The notes below the pieces were generated by a model that made no database searches, was not told the origin of the DNA, and worked only from the letters and a program-made list of their open reading frames with translations. A stretch of 58,713 bases of DNA from Verrucomicrobiota bacterium (lineage in GTDB: Bacteria; Verrucomicrobiota; Lentisphaeria; Lentisphaerales; Lentisphaeraceae), in NCBI GenBank assembly GCA_039798785.1, contig JBDKFG010000026.1, forward strand, positions 1 through 58,713, read 5' to 3'. A program made the position numbers and the translations under genes. Positions 8,254 to 17,184 of the stretch are shown piece by piece (within the stretch, counting starts at the first letter, position 1; every line of letters begins with the position of its first letter).

Positions 8254-9393
8254 TCAGGTTCCGAGGAGGCGGCCGAGGCCGCTGATCAGCCAAGGCCAGG
8301 CCAGGGCCCAAAGGGCGGCGGCGAAAGCGAGGTGCAGGCCAAAGGGCACGGTGGCCTCGCGGTGGCCGCAAAGACGCTGCCCGAGGGCGTGGGCCAGGGC
8401 GGTGAAGACAGCGACAAAAAGGCTGGCGAAAAGCAGGGGGAAGCCGAGGAAGGGGCCGAGCGCGGCGGCGAACTTGGCGTCGCCGAGGCCGAGGGCTTCG
8501 CGGGGCAGCGACAAGGAGCGGATCGACAGGGTCTGAGCATCCATCGTCGCGATGTCGACCCTGCCACCGTCGTGGTGGAGCTGGCCGTCGCGGAATTGGA
8601 CCAGACCTCGCCAGGGTCCGGACTCATCCGCCACTTGGAATTGGAAGCCGCGAAGTTCCTTCCAGGGCAGGGCCTCGTCGCCTTCGAGGCGGGCGCCGCT
8701 GGCGTCGAGGTGGAGTTTTTGGCCTTGTGGGAAGGGGTGTTCCTGCTGGCCGGCGTAGCGGTTGATCAGCCAGCGGCTGAGGAGGAGGAAGCTGGCGCCG
8801 AGGGCGATCGCGGCGGCGGCTTCGGCGAGGTAGGAGAGGCGGGGGGATTGGGCGAGAGCGTGGAAGAGGATCGGGCGGGGCATCCCGGCGAAGACTTCGC
8901 CGGGGTTGAGGAAGGCGCTCGGCACGGCGCTGAAGGCGGCGAGGGCGAGCAGGCCGCAGCTCAAGTTGAGCTTGTCGGGAAGGCGGCGGTGGGCGAGGTC
9001 GATGGCGCCGGCGCCGTAGAGGAAGGAGACGAGGAGGAAGTGGACGAGGACGAGCTCGATCGGCAGGCCGAGGCGGTAGCCGAGGTAGCCGATGAGGGCG
9101 AAGGCCACGGCGAAGGCCGCTTCGATCAAGGCGTAGCGGGGCGAGAAGGGCATCTGGCAGTCGTAGCAGCGGCCGCGCAGGAGGAGCCAACCGAAGACCG
9201 GGACGTTGTGCCAGGGGCGGATCGGATGCGAGCAGTTCGGGCAGCGCGACGGCGGATGGCTGAGGCTTTCGCCCCGCGGCATCCGCCAGACCACGACGTT
9301 GAAAAAGCTGCCGAGACAGCCGCCGAAAGCGATGGCGAAAAGCAGGCCGAGCCAGGCGCCGCGACCATAGAAGACTTCCTGAAATTGCTGCAT
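8254..9393 (-). CDS. pilD: Prepilin peptidase/N-methyltransferase (A24 family)
   Basis: GSFFNVVVWRMP, CPNC and CYDC Zn motifs, IDLAHRRLPD and LGLGDAK catalytic Asp motifs, C-terminal VPFG. Confidence 0.92.
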   Translation of the reverse strand: MQQFQEVFYGRGAWLGLLFAIAFGGCLGSFFNVVVWRMPRGESLSHPPSRCPNCSHPIRPWHNVPVFGWLLLRGRCYDCQMPFSPRYALIEAAFAVAFALIGYLGYRLGLPIELVLVHFLLVSFLYGAGAIDLAHRRLPDKLNLSCGLLALAAFSAVPSAFLNPGEVFAGMPRPILFHALAQSPRLSYLAEAAAAIALGASFLLLSRWLINRYAGQQEHPFPQGQKLHLDASGARLEGDEALPWKELRGFQFQVADESGPWRGLVQFRDGQLHHDGGRVDIATMDAQTLSIRSLSLPREALGLGDAKFAAALGPFLGFPLLFASLFVAVFTALAHALGQRLCGHREATVPFGLHLAFAAALWALAWPWLISGLGRLLGT

Positions 9394-9435
9394 GAAAAAG
9401 GATTCCGATGCTCAGAGTTTAGTGAACGAAGGGAC

Positions 9436-9921
9436 TCACTCCCAGCAGAGGCAGAGGCGTTGCTCGCGGCGGACGGGAGACAAGATGTCCTTCTCGCGGC
9501 CGCTGTCCCAATGGCGGTGGTAGTAGCTCAGCCCGGAGTGCACGGAGCGGTCTTCGAGAAAGATCTCGCCGATGAAGGCCAGGTCGCTGTCGCTGAGCGG
9601 CTGCAGGAAGACCAGGGTCAGATGTCCCGGATCGATTTGCTCGATGCGGCAGGGGAGCCTCTGGTTGAGGCGGGTGGCCCGGATCGCGAGGCGGGCGCTG
9701 AGATCCTCGCGTCCGCCGGCGCTGCCGGCGGCGAAGGCGGTGATCACTTTGGCGATCGGGGTCACGGCCGGGACATCATAGAGGAAATGCGGTCCTTCGC
9801 CCTCCGCCCCGTAGAAGGACAGGCGGGAGGCATCCGCCGCCTCGGGGGGCGGCCGTGTCAAGGCCTGGGGAGGAACCTGGGCTCCTCGCCTCAGCCCGGG
9901 AATGGATTCGGGGGTGGACAT
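9436..9921 (-). CDS. Hypothetical protein (C-terminus weakly reminiscent of DUF4253)
   Basis: 161-aa ORF co-oriented with its neighbours; the family resemblance is by eye only. Confidence 0.55.
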   Translation of the reverse strand: MSTPESIPGLRRGAQVPPQALTRPPPEAADASRLSFYGAEGEGPHFLYDVPAVTPIAKVITAFAAGSAGGREDLSARLAIRATRLNQRLPCRIEQIDPGHLTLVFLQPLSDSDLAFIGEIFLEDRSVHSGLSYYHRHWDSGREKDILSPVRREQRLCLCWE

Positions 9922-10056
9922 GAGAGGGAAACTAAGTGCGTCTCGGCATCGGGCAAGCGTGGCCGGGCCGATGAACCCAAGCCGGGGCTGGCATTTTTCC
10001 GGCCTGTCTCACTCGAATTTCAGGGTCACAGCCTAGGAGTAAGGAGTGCTCCAGCT

Positions 10057-10659
10057 TCAGCGCTGCTGCTGCCACCAGGCCAGCAGGGCTTGTCTCTCTT
10101 CGGCCTGCAGTTGACTCGCGACGAGACGCATCTTCTCTTCGTGCTTCTTCTCCGGAGCCGGCAGGCGCCATCCCTTGGCGAAGGCTTCGAGCTGGCGCTG
10201 CAGTGACAAGGAGTCGAGGGTGTCGATCCGGGGCGAGCCGGTGAAGAAGCGGCCGAAAGCGGAGCTATGGCAGCCGTGGCAGCGCTCCTGGTAGATCTTC
10301 GCCCCTGGCATCGACGCTTCGCCGCGGGGATGGGGCCTTGGCGGTGTCTGCAGGGCGAAGTGCTCGGCGGCGGCCTGATAATCCTCCGGCTTGAGACCGG
10401 CGGCGGCCTGGCGCATGAGCTGGCCAAGGGGGTCGTCGGGATGGGCGCCGCGGCGTCCGGCTGCGAAGGCTTCGAGCTGGTGTTTCAGGTAATCAGGGTC
10501 GAGGCCGCGCAGGTCGGGTCCGGCTGCGGCCGGGCGTCCGTCGTGGCAGGCCTGGCATTGCACCCACGTGTTTTGCCGGGCGGCATCGGGGGCTTTCTGG
10601 CAGGAGGCGAAGAGCGAGAAGATGCAGAGGGCGGCAAGCTGGCGGAAGCTCGGTTTCAT
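10057..10659 (-). CDS. Diheme cytochrome c4/c553-like lipoprotein
   Basis: Lipobox LFASC, two CxxCH motifs (CQACH, CHGCH), YL..QLEAF..G.R repeats and axial Met residues; start ATG 10659. Confidence 0.9.
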   Translation of the reverse strand: MKPSFRQLAALCIFSLFASCQKAPDAARQNTWVQCQACHDGRPAAAGPDLRGLDPDYLKHQLEAFAAGRRGAHPDDPLGQLMRQAAAGLKPEDYQAAAEHFALQTPPRPHPRGEASMPGAKIYQERCHGCHSSAFGRFFTGSPRIDTLDSLSLQRQLEAFAKGWRLPAPEKKHEEKMRLVASQLQAEERQALLAWWQQQR

Positions 10660-10739
10660 CGGGTGGGTCCTCGGAGGTTTGTGCGGTCCATGGTCAAGAG
10701 GCTTCCTATTTGCCGGCTGTCCAGGCGGCGGGCGGCAGT

Positions 10740-11129
10740 TCAACCGCGGAGCAGCTCCGGGCGGAAGTAGATGGCGAGGCCGGCGCAAAGCAGGCCGCAG
10801 AGGGCGGCTGCGACCCAGGTGCGCGGCTGCCGGTCGTGGCGGACGTGGATCCCGACCGCGCCGAGCATCATCATGGCGAGCGGAAGTGCGCCCCAGAAGC
10901 AAAGCGGGCGGCAGCAGAGGAGCAGGCCGAAGCTGAGCTGGCCGAGGCCGACGAAGAGGCGGAAGCTCTCCGAGCAGCCCCAGCGCCGGTAGTCCGCGAT
11001 CATCTGCGCGTCCCCGCGGAGATTCTTCTGCGCGAGGAAGAGGTAGAAGGCGCCGAGGAGAATCGCCAGGACACTGAGGGCGAGGAGGGCCGGGCCGCTC
11101 TCGGCGGGGTGGTAGAGGAAGCGGTTCAT
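10740..11129 (-). CDS. DoxX-like small membrane protein
   Basis: 129 aa, four hydrophobic segments, WG..FRLFVG..Q..GLLL and MLGAVGIH motifs. Confidence 0.75.
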   Translation of the reverse strand: MNRFLYHPAESGPALLALSVLAILLGAFYLFLAQKNLRGDAQMIADYRRWGCSESFRLFVGLGQLSFGLLLCCRPLCFWGALPLAMMMLGAVGIHVRHDRQPRTWVAAALCGLLCAGLAIYFRPELLRG

Positions 11130-11142
11130 GGGCTCTCCGGGT

Positions 11143-11928
11143 TCAGGTGGCGAAAGGCTTCATCTTGGCCGCTTGTTCTGCCAGGGCGCCGTCGACGAGG
11201 CCGGGGAAGGCTCCGTTGATCTTGACGAAGAGCGACTCAGGGAAGCCGATGGTGATCCGCTTGCGGTCGGCGTCGATGGCGGCGGCGATGCGGCGGGCGA
11301 CGAGTTCGGGCGGGTCGATGTTCATCTTCGTCGCGGCGGCCATGTCGCCGAGTTTTTCGGTGAGGCGGGTGCGGGTCGCCCGCGGTGCGGCATGGAGGAT
11401 GTGGATGCGGCTGTCGTGGAGCTCGCGGCCGAGAGCTTCGGCGAAGCCGCGGAGGGCGAACTTGCTGGCCGAATAGCTGGCGTAGTAGGGGAAGCCGATG
11501 CTGCCGAAGACCGATCCGGTGAAGGCGATCAGAGCTTCGGGGCGGCGGCGCAAAGCCGGCAGAAGCAGACGGGTGAGGGTGATCGGCGCGATCGTGTTGG
11601 TGCGGAGAATGAGCTCGATCGAGGCGGGGTCTTCGGCCTCGAAGGAGCGGAAGGGGGCGAAGCCGGCGTTGTTGACCAGGCCGTCGATCTGGCCGAAGGC
11701 GGCTTCGGCGCGAGTGGCGAGATCGGGCAGGGCGGCGAGCTCAGCCAGATCGGCGATGAGTTCGCGGCTGCAACCCGGTGGCAGCAGACGGCTGGTCGCG
11801 GCGAGCCCCTCGGACGAACGCCCGGCCAGGACCAGACGGGCGCCGCGGGCCGCCAGCTCGACCGCCAGGCAGCGGCCGATGCCGGCGGAGGCGCCGGTGA
11901 GAAGAAGGACTTTGTCGCGCAGAATCAT
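11143..11928 (-). CDS. Short-chain dehydrogenase/reductase
   Basis: TGASAGIG, NNAG and YSASK motifs; start ATG 11928. Confidence 0.95.
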   Translation of the reverse strand: MILRDKVLLLTGASAGIGRCLAVELAARGARLVLAGRSSEGLAATSRLLPPGCSRELIADLAELAALPDLATRAEAAFGQIDGLVNNAGFAPFRSFEAEDPASIELILRTNTIAPITLTRLLLPALRRRPEALIAFTGSVFGSIGFPYYASYSASKFALRGFAEALGRELHDSRIHILHAAPRATRTRLTEKLGDMAAATKMNIDPPELVARRIAAAIDADRKRITIGFPESLFVKINGAFPGLVDGALAEQAAKMKPFAT

Positions 11929-12007
11929 GAAAGGCTCCGAGGGAAGGGGGTTAGGAGTTAGGATTGGCGGAGTTTTAGGGTTGGAGCTGCGGTCAGAAGG
12001 CAACGAT

Positions 12008-12667
12008 TCAGCCGCGGAAGCGGGCCTGGTGTTCGCGGAAGATGTCGCCGTAGAGGCGGAAGAAATTCTTCGAGCAGTGGATGACGAATTCCAGGTCGGA
12101 CTCGGAGTCGAGGCGCTCGACCAGGCTGGCGAAGAAGTCGATGTGTTTGAGGTCGAGCGAGCCGTGCGAGCTGAGGTAGGAGAAGCAGTTCTTGCCGAGG
12201 CCGAGCTGGCGGCCGAGGTTTTCCGCCGCCTGGGTCGCCGCCCGCACCGAGGTGCCTTCGAGGACGTTGACCATGCCGAGGAAGCCGCAAGGACGCTGGC
12301 GCTGGATGATGTCGTAGGCGTAGGAAATCATCATTTCATTGGCGAAGGAGGGTCCTTGGGCGATGGCCGCGGCGACGTCGCCGCCGCAGTTGCGGATGTC
12401 CTCGAGGATCCAGCGCTGGTGCCCGACCTCCTCCTCGATGTACTCGGCCATCGCGTCGCGCAGCCATTCATGCGACTCGGGAATGCGGGAGCCGCAAGCC
12501 ATCAGCAGCGGCGTGGTGTGCTTGACATGGTGGTAGGCCTGAGTCAGGAAGGCGAGGTATTCCTCACGGCTCCAGCGGCCGGCGATGCCGTCCTGGACGA
12601 AGGGGATGGCGAGCAGCTCCGCCTGCATCGGGGCGGTGGCTGCGGCAAGGCGCAGGAAAGGGCTCAT
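12008..12667 (-). CDS. Heme-oxygenase-like (TenA/PqqC-fold) iron-containing redox enzyme
   Basis: YHHVKHT, EEEVGH..W, VLEGTS and HGSLDLKH motifs. Confidence 0.85.
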   Translation of the reverse strand: MSPFLRLAAATAPMQAELLAIPFVQDGIAGRWSREEYLAFLTQAYHHVKHTTPLLMACGSRIPESHEWLRDAMAEYIEEEVGHQRWILEDIRNCGGDVAAAIAQGPSFANEMMISYAYDIIQRQRPCGFLGMVNVLEGTSVRAATQAAENLGRQLGLGKNCFSYLSSHGSLDLKHIDFFASLVERLDSESDLEFVIHCSKNFFRLYGDIFREHQARFRG

Positions 12668-14109
12668 CTGGGAATCTCCTCGGGGCTAGTTGCAAAAAGA
12701 CGGGCCGCGGCGGCTTCGCAGGCGGGGCGTTGGAAGCGGCCGTTGGGGGTGAGCAGGCCGGGCTGGAGGAACCACTCCGGCCCGACCGGCTTCAGCTCTG
12801 CCAGGCGGGCATGGGCGCCGAGGCGGCCATTGACCCGCAGCCGCAGGGCCTCGAGCTCGTCGGGAGCAAGCTCGGTCTCGATCAGCGCCAGAGGTGCCGG
12901 ACGTCCCTCGCCGAAGACGAATGCACGGCGCAGTCCGGCCTCGCGCAAGAGCTCTTCCTCCAGCCATTCCGGCGACAGGTTGCGGCCCAAGGAGCTGATG
13001 AAGAGGTTTTTCTTGCGTCCGACGACGTGCAGGTAACCCTCGGCGTCGATTTCGCCTAGGTCGCCGGTGGCGAGTCTGCCCTCGGCATCGAGAAAGGGGG
13101 CGCTGCCATCGAGGAAGCAGGAATCGAAGTCTCCATCGACCAGGATTTCGCCGTCGGCGGCGAGGTGCAGGCGGCAGTGCGGCAGAGGACGTCCGACACT
13201 ACCCGGACGCATCGCCGCGGCGGTGTTGAGGCAGACCACCGAGGCAGCCTCGGTCAATCCGTAGCCCTCCCGCACCGGCAGGCCGAGCCGATGGGCTTCT
13301 TCGATCAGATCCCGACCCACCCGGGCGCCGCCGACGCCGATGAAGCGCAGGCAGGGAGGCGCGGCCAGCCCCTGGCGGCGCATCAGCAGGCAGAGATCGC
13401 GCAGGAGCTGCGGCATCATCACCGTCACCGCGACCTGGTGGCGCTCGATCGCCGCGAGCACCGCTTCCGCCTCGGCGAGAGGACGGCGGATGCCCGGCAG
13501 GATGACGCTGCGGCCGCCGCAAATCAGGGGCAGATAGAGTCCAGCCAGGGTCTCGAGCAGGATCGAGTAGGGCATGAAGGAGAGGAAGACTTCGCCGCTG
13601 CGGGCGCCGATGGCCTCCTGCAGCGAGGCGAGGCTGCGCTCGAGCATGGTCCAGGAGAGGCAGAGGCCTTTCGGCCGCCCGGTCGAGCCGGAGGTGTAGG
13701 TGATGCGGGCGCAGCGCCTCGGCGGCGGCGTCCGGGCAAGCCTTCCGGAGGGGTGAATGCCGAGGCGTCCGAGACAGGACGAGGCTTGCCCGGCGCCGAG
13801 ACGCGCCGCCAGGGCGGCGTCGTCGCAGAGGATCCATTCCGGCGCCACCTCGTCGAGTGCGTGGCGCAGCGCGTCGTCGGCGAAGAAGCAAGGAAGCACC
13901 AGCAAGGGCCGGCCGGCGCGGGTCGCGGCCATTTCCGCCGCCAGCACTTCGGCGGAATTGCCGCTGATCAGGGCGAGAGGACGCTGGCCGCTCAGGAGGG
14001 GGGATGCGGCGGCGATCCAGCTCTCGAGACTTTCCGGCGACACTTCGCCGCCGCCATCGATCCGGAGCGGGGCGGGCAGAGGCGCCGCCAGCCTGGACTG
14101 GAGCTTCAT
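12664..14109 (-). CDS. AMP-dependent acyl-CoA synthetase/ligase
   Basis: YTSGSTGRPKG, EGYGLTE, TGDLG and GRKKN motifs; start ATG 14109 with ATGA overlap. Confidence 0.93.
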   Translation of the reverse strand: MKLQSRLAAPLPAPLRIDGGGEVSPESLESWIAAASPLLSGQRPLALISGNSAEVLAAEMAATRAGRPLLVLPCFFADDALRHALDEVAPEWILCDDAALAARLGAGQASSCLGRLGIHPSGRLARTPPPRRCARITYTSGSTGRPKGLCLSWTMLERSLASLQEAIGARSGEVFLSFMPYSILLETLAGLYLPLICGGRSVILPGIRRPLAEAEAVLAAIERHQVAVTVMMPQLLRDLCLLMRRQGLAAPPCLRFIGVGGARVGRDLIEEAHRLGLPVREGYGLTEAASVVCLNTAAAMRPGSVGRPLPHCRLHLAADGEILVDGDFDSCFLDGSAPFLDAEGRLATGDLGEIDAEGYLHVVGRKKNLFISSLGRNLSPEWLEEELLREAGLRRAFVFGEGRPAPLALIETELAPDELEALRLRVNGRLGAHARLAELKPVGPEWFLQPGLLTPNGRFQRPACEAAAARLFATSPEEIPR

Positions 14110-14819
14110 CGGGAAGGCTCCTTCATTCCGGCCCCCAGCTGCCGCGCCTGTTCCTCGAGCGAAGGATGAGGAATGAAGAACCCCTGATGACGGACATAGC
14201 GGACGAAGGCGGGGAGATACGCGGCGTTGACTTGCGGCTCGTGGGCGTAATAAGCGCCCCAGAGAAGCCGTTCCTCCTCGCCGAGACGGCTCACCGGAGC
14301 ATCGTGCAGAAACAGGATCTCGTCGGAGAATTTCCCCAGGGTGGCGCGCACCATCCGGGTGCCCGTGAAGACGCACCACTGGAAGCCCGCCGCCTGCAGG
14401 AAGACCGCCATCGCCGAGACCAGAAGCCGGCCGCCGCCGAGACTGCTCGAGGCGAGATTGCCGATCTCGGCGATCTCGCTGCGTCGCACCGGCAGGCCGA
14501 TGCGACGGCTGAGATCCTGCTCGATCGCCTGGTCGGAATAGATCTCGAGAAAAAGCCGCGGCAGGGCCCAGCTGCAGCCGATCACCCCGTCGATCCCTCC
14601 TTCGCCCTCAAGCGCCAGAAGCTGCTGGTGGAAGTGGCGGATCTCGGCCCCATGAACCCGCAAAAAGCAGTCGCGCACCGCCTGTTCCACCGCGCCGCGG
14701 CGGTCGCTGGCCGCATCACAACGGATTAGCTTGTCGCACGGAAGTGTCGCGTTCTGCATGGCTGGATCCCTGGTTTTTCTGCGTTTAAGCTGAAGTCCGG
14801 GAGCGGCGAGTTCCATCAC
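14106..14819 (-). CDS. Thermostable hemolysin family protein
   Basis: F.RVHGAEI.HF, LFLEIY.DQAIEQ, EIGNLAS, W.VFTGT and WGAYY..PQV motifs; the start may be ATG 14816 or 14759. Confidence 0.85.
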   Translation of the reverse strand: MMELAAPGLQLKRRKTRDPAMQNATLPCDKLIRCDAASDRRGAVEQAVRDCFLRVHGAEIRHFHQQLLALEGEGGIDGVIGCSWALPRLFLEIYSDQAIEQDLSRRIGLPVRRSEIAEIGNLASSSLGGGRLLVSAMAVFLQAAGFQWCVFTGTRMVRATLGKFSDEILFLHDAPVSRLGEEERLLWGAYYAHEPQVNAAYLPAFVRYVRHQGFFIPHPSLEEQARQLGAGMKEPSR

Positions 14820-15149
14820 CGGGAAATGAATTTTTTTTTATCCGTAGACGCCGCCAGCGGAAGACGGTGATGAAATCTTTTTTATCCCCGCATCTCAATT
14901 CTGAGACTCTTGTGCAAAGCTGTAAGCCGCTTGTCATTGCACAAAGATCCTTTCTTACACCTGGAGTCTCCCCGAGGCCACCGCAGCTACGGCGCCATCC
15001 TGCCTCTGGAGATTCTGGCGCGACTGAGACTGAGGGGGCTCACGGGATCCCAGGATTAGCCGCCGACAAAGTTCCGTCACCGAACTTGCCCCGGGCGTCC
15101 GGGGGCTTAACTTGCCCGACTGTTTCAACTCCCCAAGGAAATCCCCCTC

Positions 15150-16418
15150 ATGAAAGTCCTCGTCATCGGCGGCGGCGGCCGCGAACATGCCCTCTCCTGG
15201 CGCCTCAAGAACGACCCCCAGGTCAGCACCGTCTTCGCCGCGCCCGGCAACCCCGGCATCGCCGCCGAGGGCATCACCTGTGTCGAACTGAAGACGCACG
15301 AGGCCACCGTCGCCTTCGCCCGCGCCGAGAAGATCGACCTGGTCGTCGTCGGCCCCGAAATCCCCCTCTGCGCCGGCCTCGGCGACGATCTCCGCGCCGC
15401 CGGCTTCCCGGTCTTCGGACCCGGAGCCAAGGGCGCCCAGCTGGAAGGATCGAAGGCCTTCGCCAAGGACTTCATGGTCCGCCACGGCATCCCCACCGCC
15501 GCCTCCGGCACCTTCGACGACGAAGCCTCCGCCCTCGCCTTCATCGCCAAAAACGGCGCCCCCATCGTGGTCAAGGCCGACGGCCTCGCCGCCGGCAAAG
15601 GCGTCACCGTCGCGATGACCGAAGCCGAAGCGGTCGCCGCGGTGAAAGACTGCTTCGCCGGCGCCTTCGGCAGCGCCGGCCACCGCGTCGTCATCGAGGA
15701 GTTCCTCGACGGCGAAGAAGCCTCGCTCTTCGCCCTCTGCGACGGCGACAGCATCCTCCACCTCGCCACCGCCCAGGACCACAAGCGCGTCGGCGACGGC
15801 GACACCGGCCCCAACACCGGCGGCATGGGCACCTACTCGCCCGCCCCGGTCTACAGCTCCGAGGTCCATGAATTCTGCCAGCGCGAGGTGCTGGGCCGCT
15901 TCCTCGCCGGCCTGAAGGCCGACGGCCTCGAGTTCCGCGGCGTCATCTTCATCGGCCTGATGATCGGCAGCAAAGGCGTCCGCCTGCTTGAGTTCAACGT
16001 CCGCTTCGGCGACCCCGAAACCCAGTCGCTGATGATGCGCTGGGAATCCGGCATGGCCGAGGCCCTCTACAAGACCGCCACCGGCAAGCTCAAGGAGGCC
16101 AAGCCGGTCTTCTCCGCCGAGCCCGCGGTCTGCGTCGTACTCGCCTCCGGCGGCTACCCCGGCGACTACGCCAAAGGCTTCCCGATCTCCGGCCTCGAAG
16201 CCGCCGCCGCCACCGGCGCCAAGGTCTTCCACGCCGGCACCGCGATGAAAGACGGCCAAGTGATCAACACCGGCGGCCGCGTCCTCGGCATCACCGCCCG
16301 CGGCGCCTCCGTCCGCCAAGCCCTCGCCACCGCCTACCGCGGCGTCGACGAAATTTCTTGGAAGGGGGCCTTCTGCCGCCGCGACATCGCCTGGCGGGCG
16401 CTGGCAAGAGAGAAGTGA
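15150..16418 (+). CDS. purD: Phosphoribosylamine-glycine ligase
   Basis: GGGGREHAL, APGNPG, KADGLAAGKGV, QDHKR..DGDTGPNTGGMG and EFNVRFGDPETQ motifs. Confidence 0.98.
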   Translation: MKVLVIGGGGREHALSWRLKNDPQVSTVFAAPGNPGIAAEGITCVELKTHEATVAFARAEKIDLVVVGPEIPLCAGLGDDLRAAGFPVFGPGAKGAQLEGSKAFAKDFMVRHGIPTAASGTFDDEASALAFIAKNGAPIVVKADGLAAGKGVTVAMTEAEAVAAVKDCFAGAFGSAGHRVVIEEFLDGEEASLFALCDGDSILHLATAQDHKRVGDGDTGPNTGGMGTYSPAPVYSSEVHEFCQREVLGRFLAGLKADGLEFRGVIFIGLMIGSKGVRLLEFNVRFGDPETQSLMMRWESGMAEALYKTATGKLKEAKPVFSAEPAVCVVLASGGYPGDYAKGFPISGLEAAAATGAKVFHAGTAMKDGQVINTGGRVLGITARGASVRQALATAYRGVDEISWKGAFCRRDIAWRALAREK

Positions 16419-16554
16419 GAGCTCGAACCGTTTAAGAAGTTTAAAGTTTAAAGTTTGAGCGATTCTTGACTCTTGCCGATTGCTTCCGACAGACATCGAT
16501 GAAATCGGCAGATATCGATAGACATCGACAAGATGCAATTCACGGAGATTTTCC

Positions 16555-17070
16555 ATGACTATCACCTTCACCATGACGAAAGACCACTGCATGGCGTTTT
16601 ATGATCACTACTTCCGCAGCTCCGACTTGATTCAGAAAAACATCAAGACGACGAGATGGCTGTGTATCGCTGCCATGTTCTTTGTTTTACTCCTCATGTG
16701 GGACCAGAAGACCGCTCCTGTCTTAGAACTTATCGTCTGGATCGGGATGTCGATATTCACCTGGATTCGGATCCCCAAAAGCATCATGGATGCCTCCAAG
16801 AAAAACAGCTTGGCACTGATTTCCTCCGACTCTCACAAGAAGTACTTCGGCGACTATGATGTGGAAGTCACGCCGTCACATTTGAAGATGGTCACGCCGG
16901 TTGGCGAATCCACGATCAACTGGATCGGCATCGAAAAATTGAGCCGCGACAAGGATTACCTCTTCATTCAATTCGGCAACAGCAGCGGCCTGGCGGTTCC
17001 GATTGCCGAAGTGGGCAAGGAGACCAGCGAAAAATTCTATCAGCTCTTGACCGAAAAGATGGCTCGATAA
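16555..17070 (+). CDS. YcxB-like two-TM protein
   Basis: Two TM helices, then G...EV.....ESTINW.GI.K......YLFI.....GL.VP; lower GC than the flanks. Confidence 0.7.
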   Translation: MTITFTMTKDHCMAFYDHYFRSSDLIQKNIKTTRWLCIAAMFFVLLLMWDQKTAPVLELIVWIGMSIFTWIRIPKSIMDASKKNSLALISSDSHKKYFGDYDVEVTPSHLKMVTPVGESTINWIGIEKLSRDKDYLFIQFGNSSGLAVPIAEVGKETSEKFYQLLTEKMAR

Positions 17071-17184
17071 GCGCCGATGCAAGGCTATGGCCATTCCGTC
17101 GCCTCTGCGAAGACCTGACGCCCTTTTCCTCCTTTTTCTCCCCGGAGGCTGGCGGCGGGCGCAGAAAAGGCTAACTTGGGCGCC

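Noticed and set aside
8227..10206. Long antisense/alternate-frame ORFs (also 14955-16592, 29577-31103, 44164-46305, 46653-48449, 51969-54746)
   Set aside because: Shadow ORFs opposite well-supported genes, as expected in high-GC DNA; no motifs.
15010..15100. ZTP (pfl) riboswitch upstream of purD (CGCGACTG...hairpin...CGGGA)
   Set aside because: The GGCG/CGCC pseudoknot and the 3' CGCCUGGGC hairpin are missing; only a superficial resemblance. A cmsearch would settle it.
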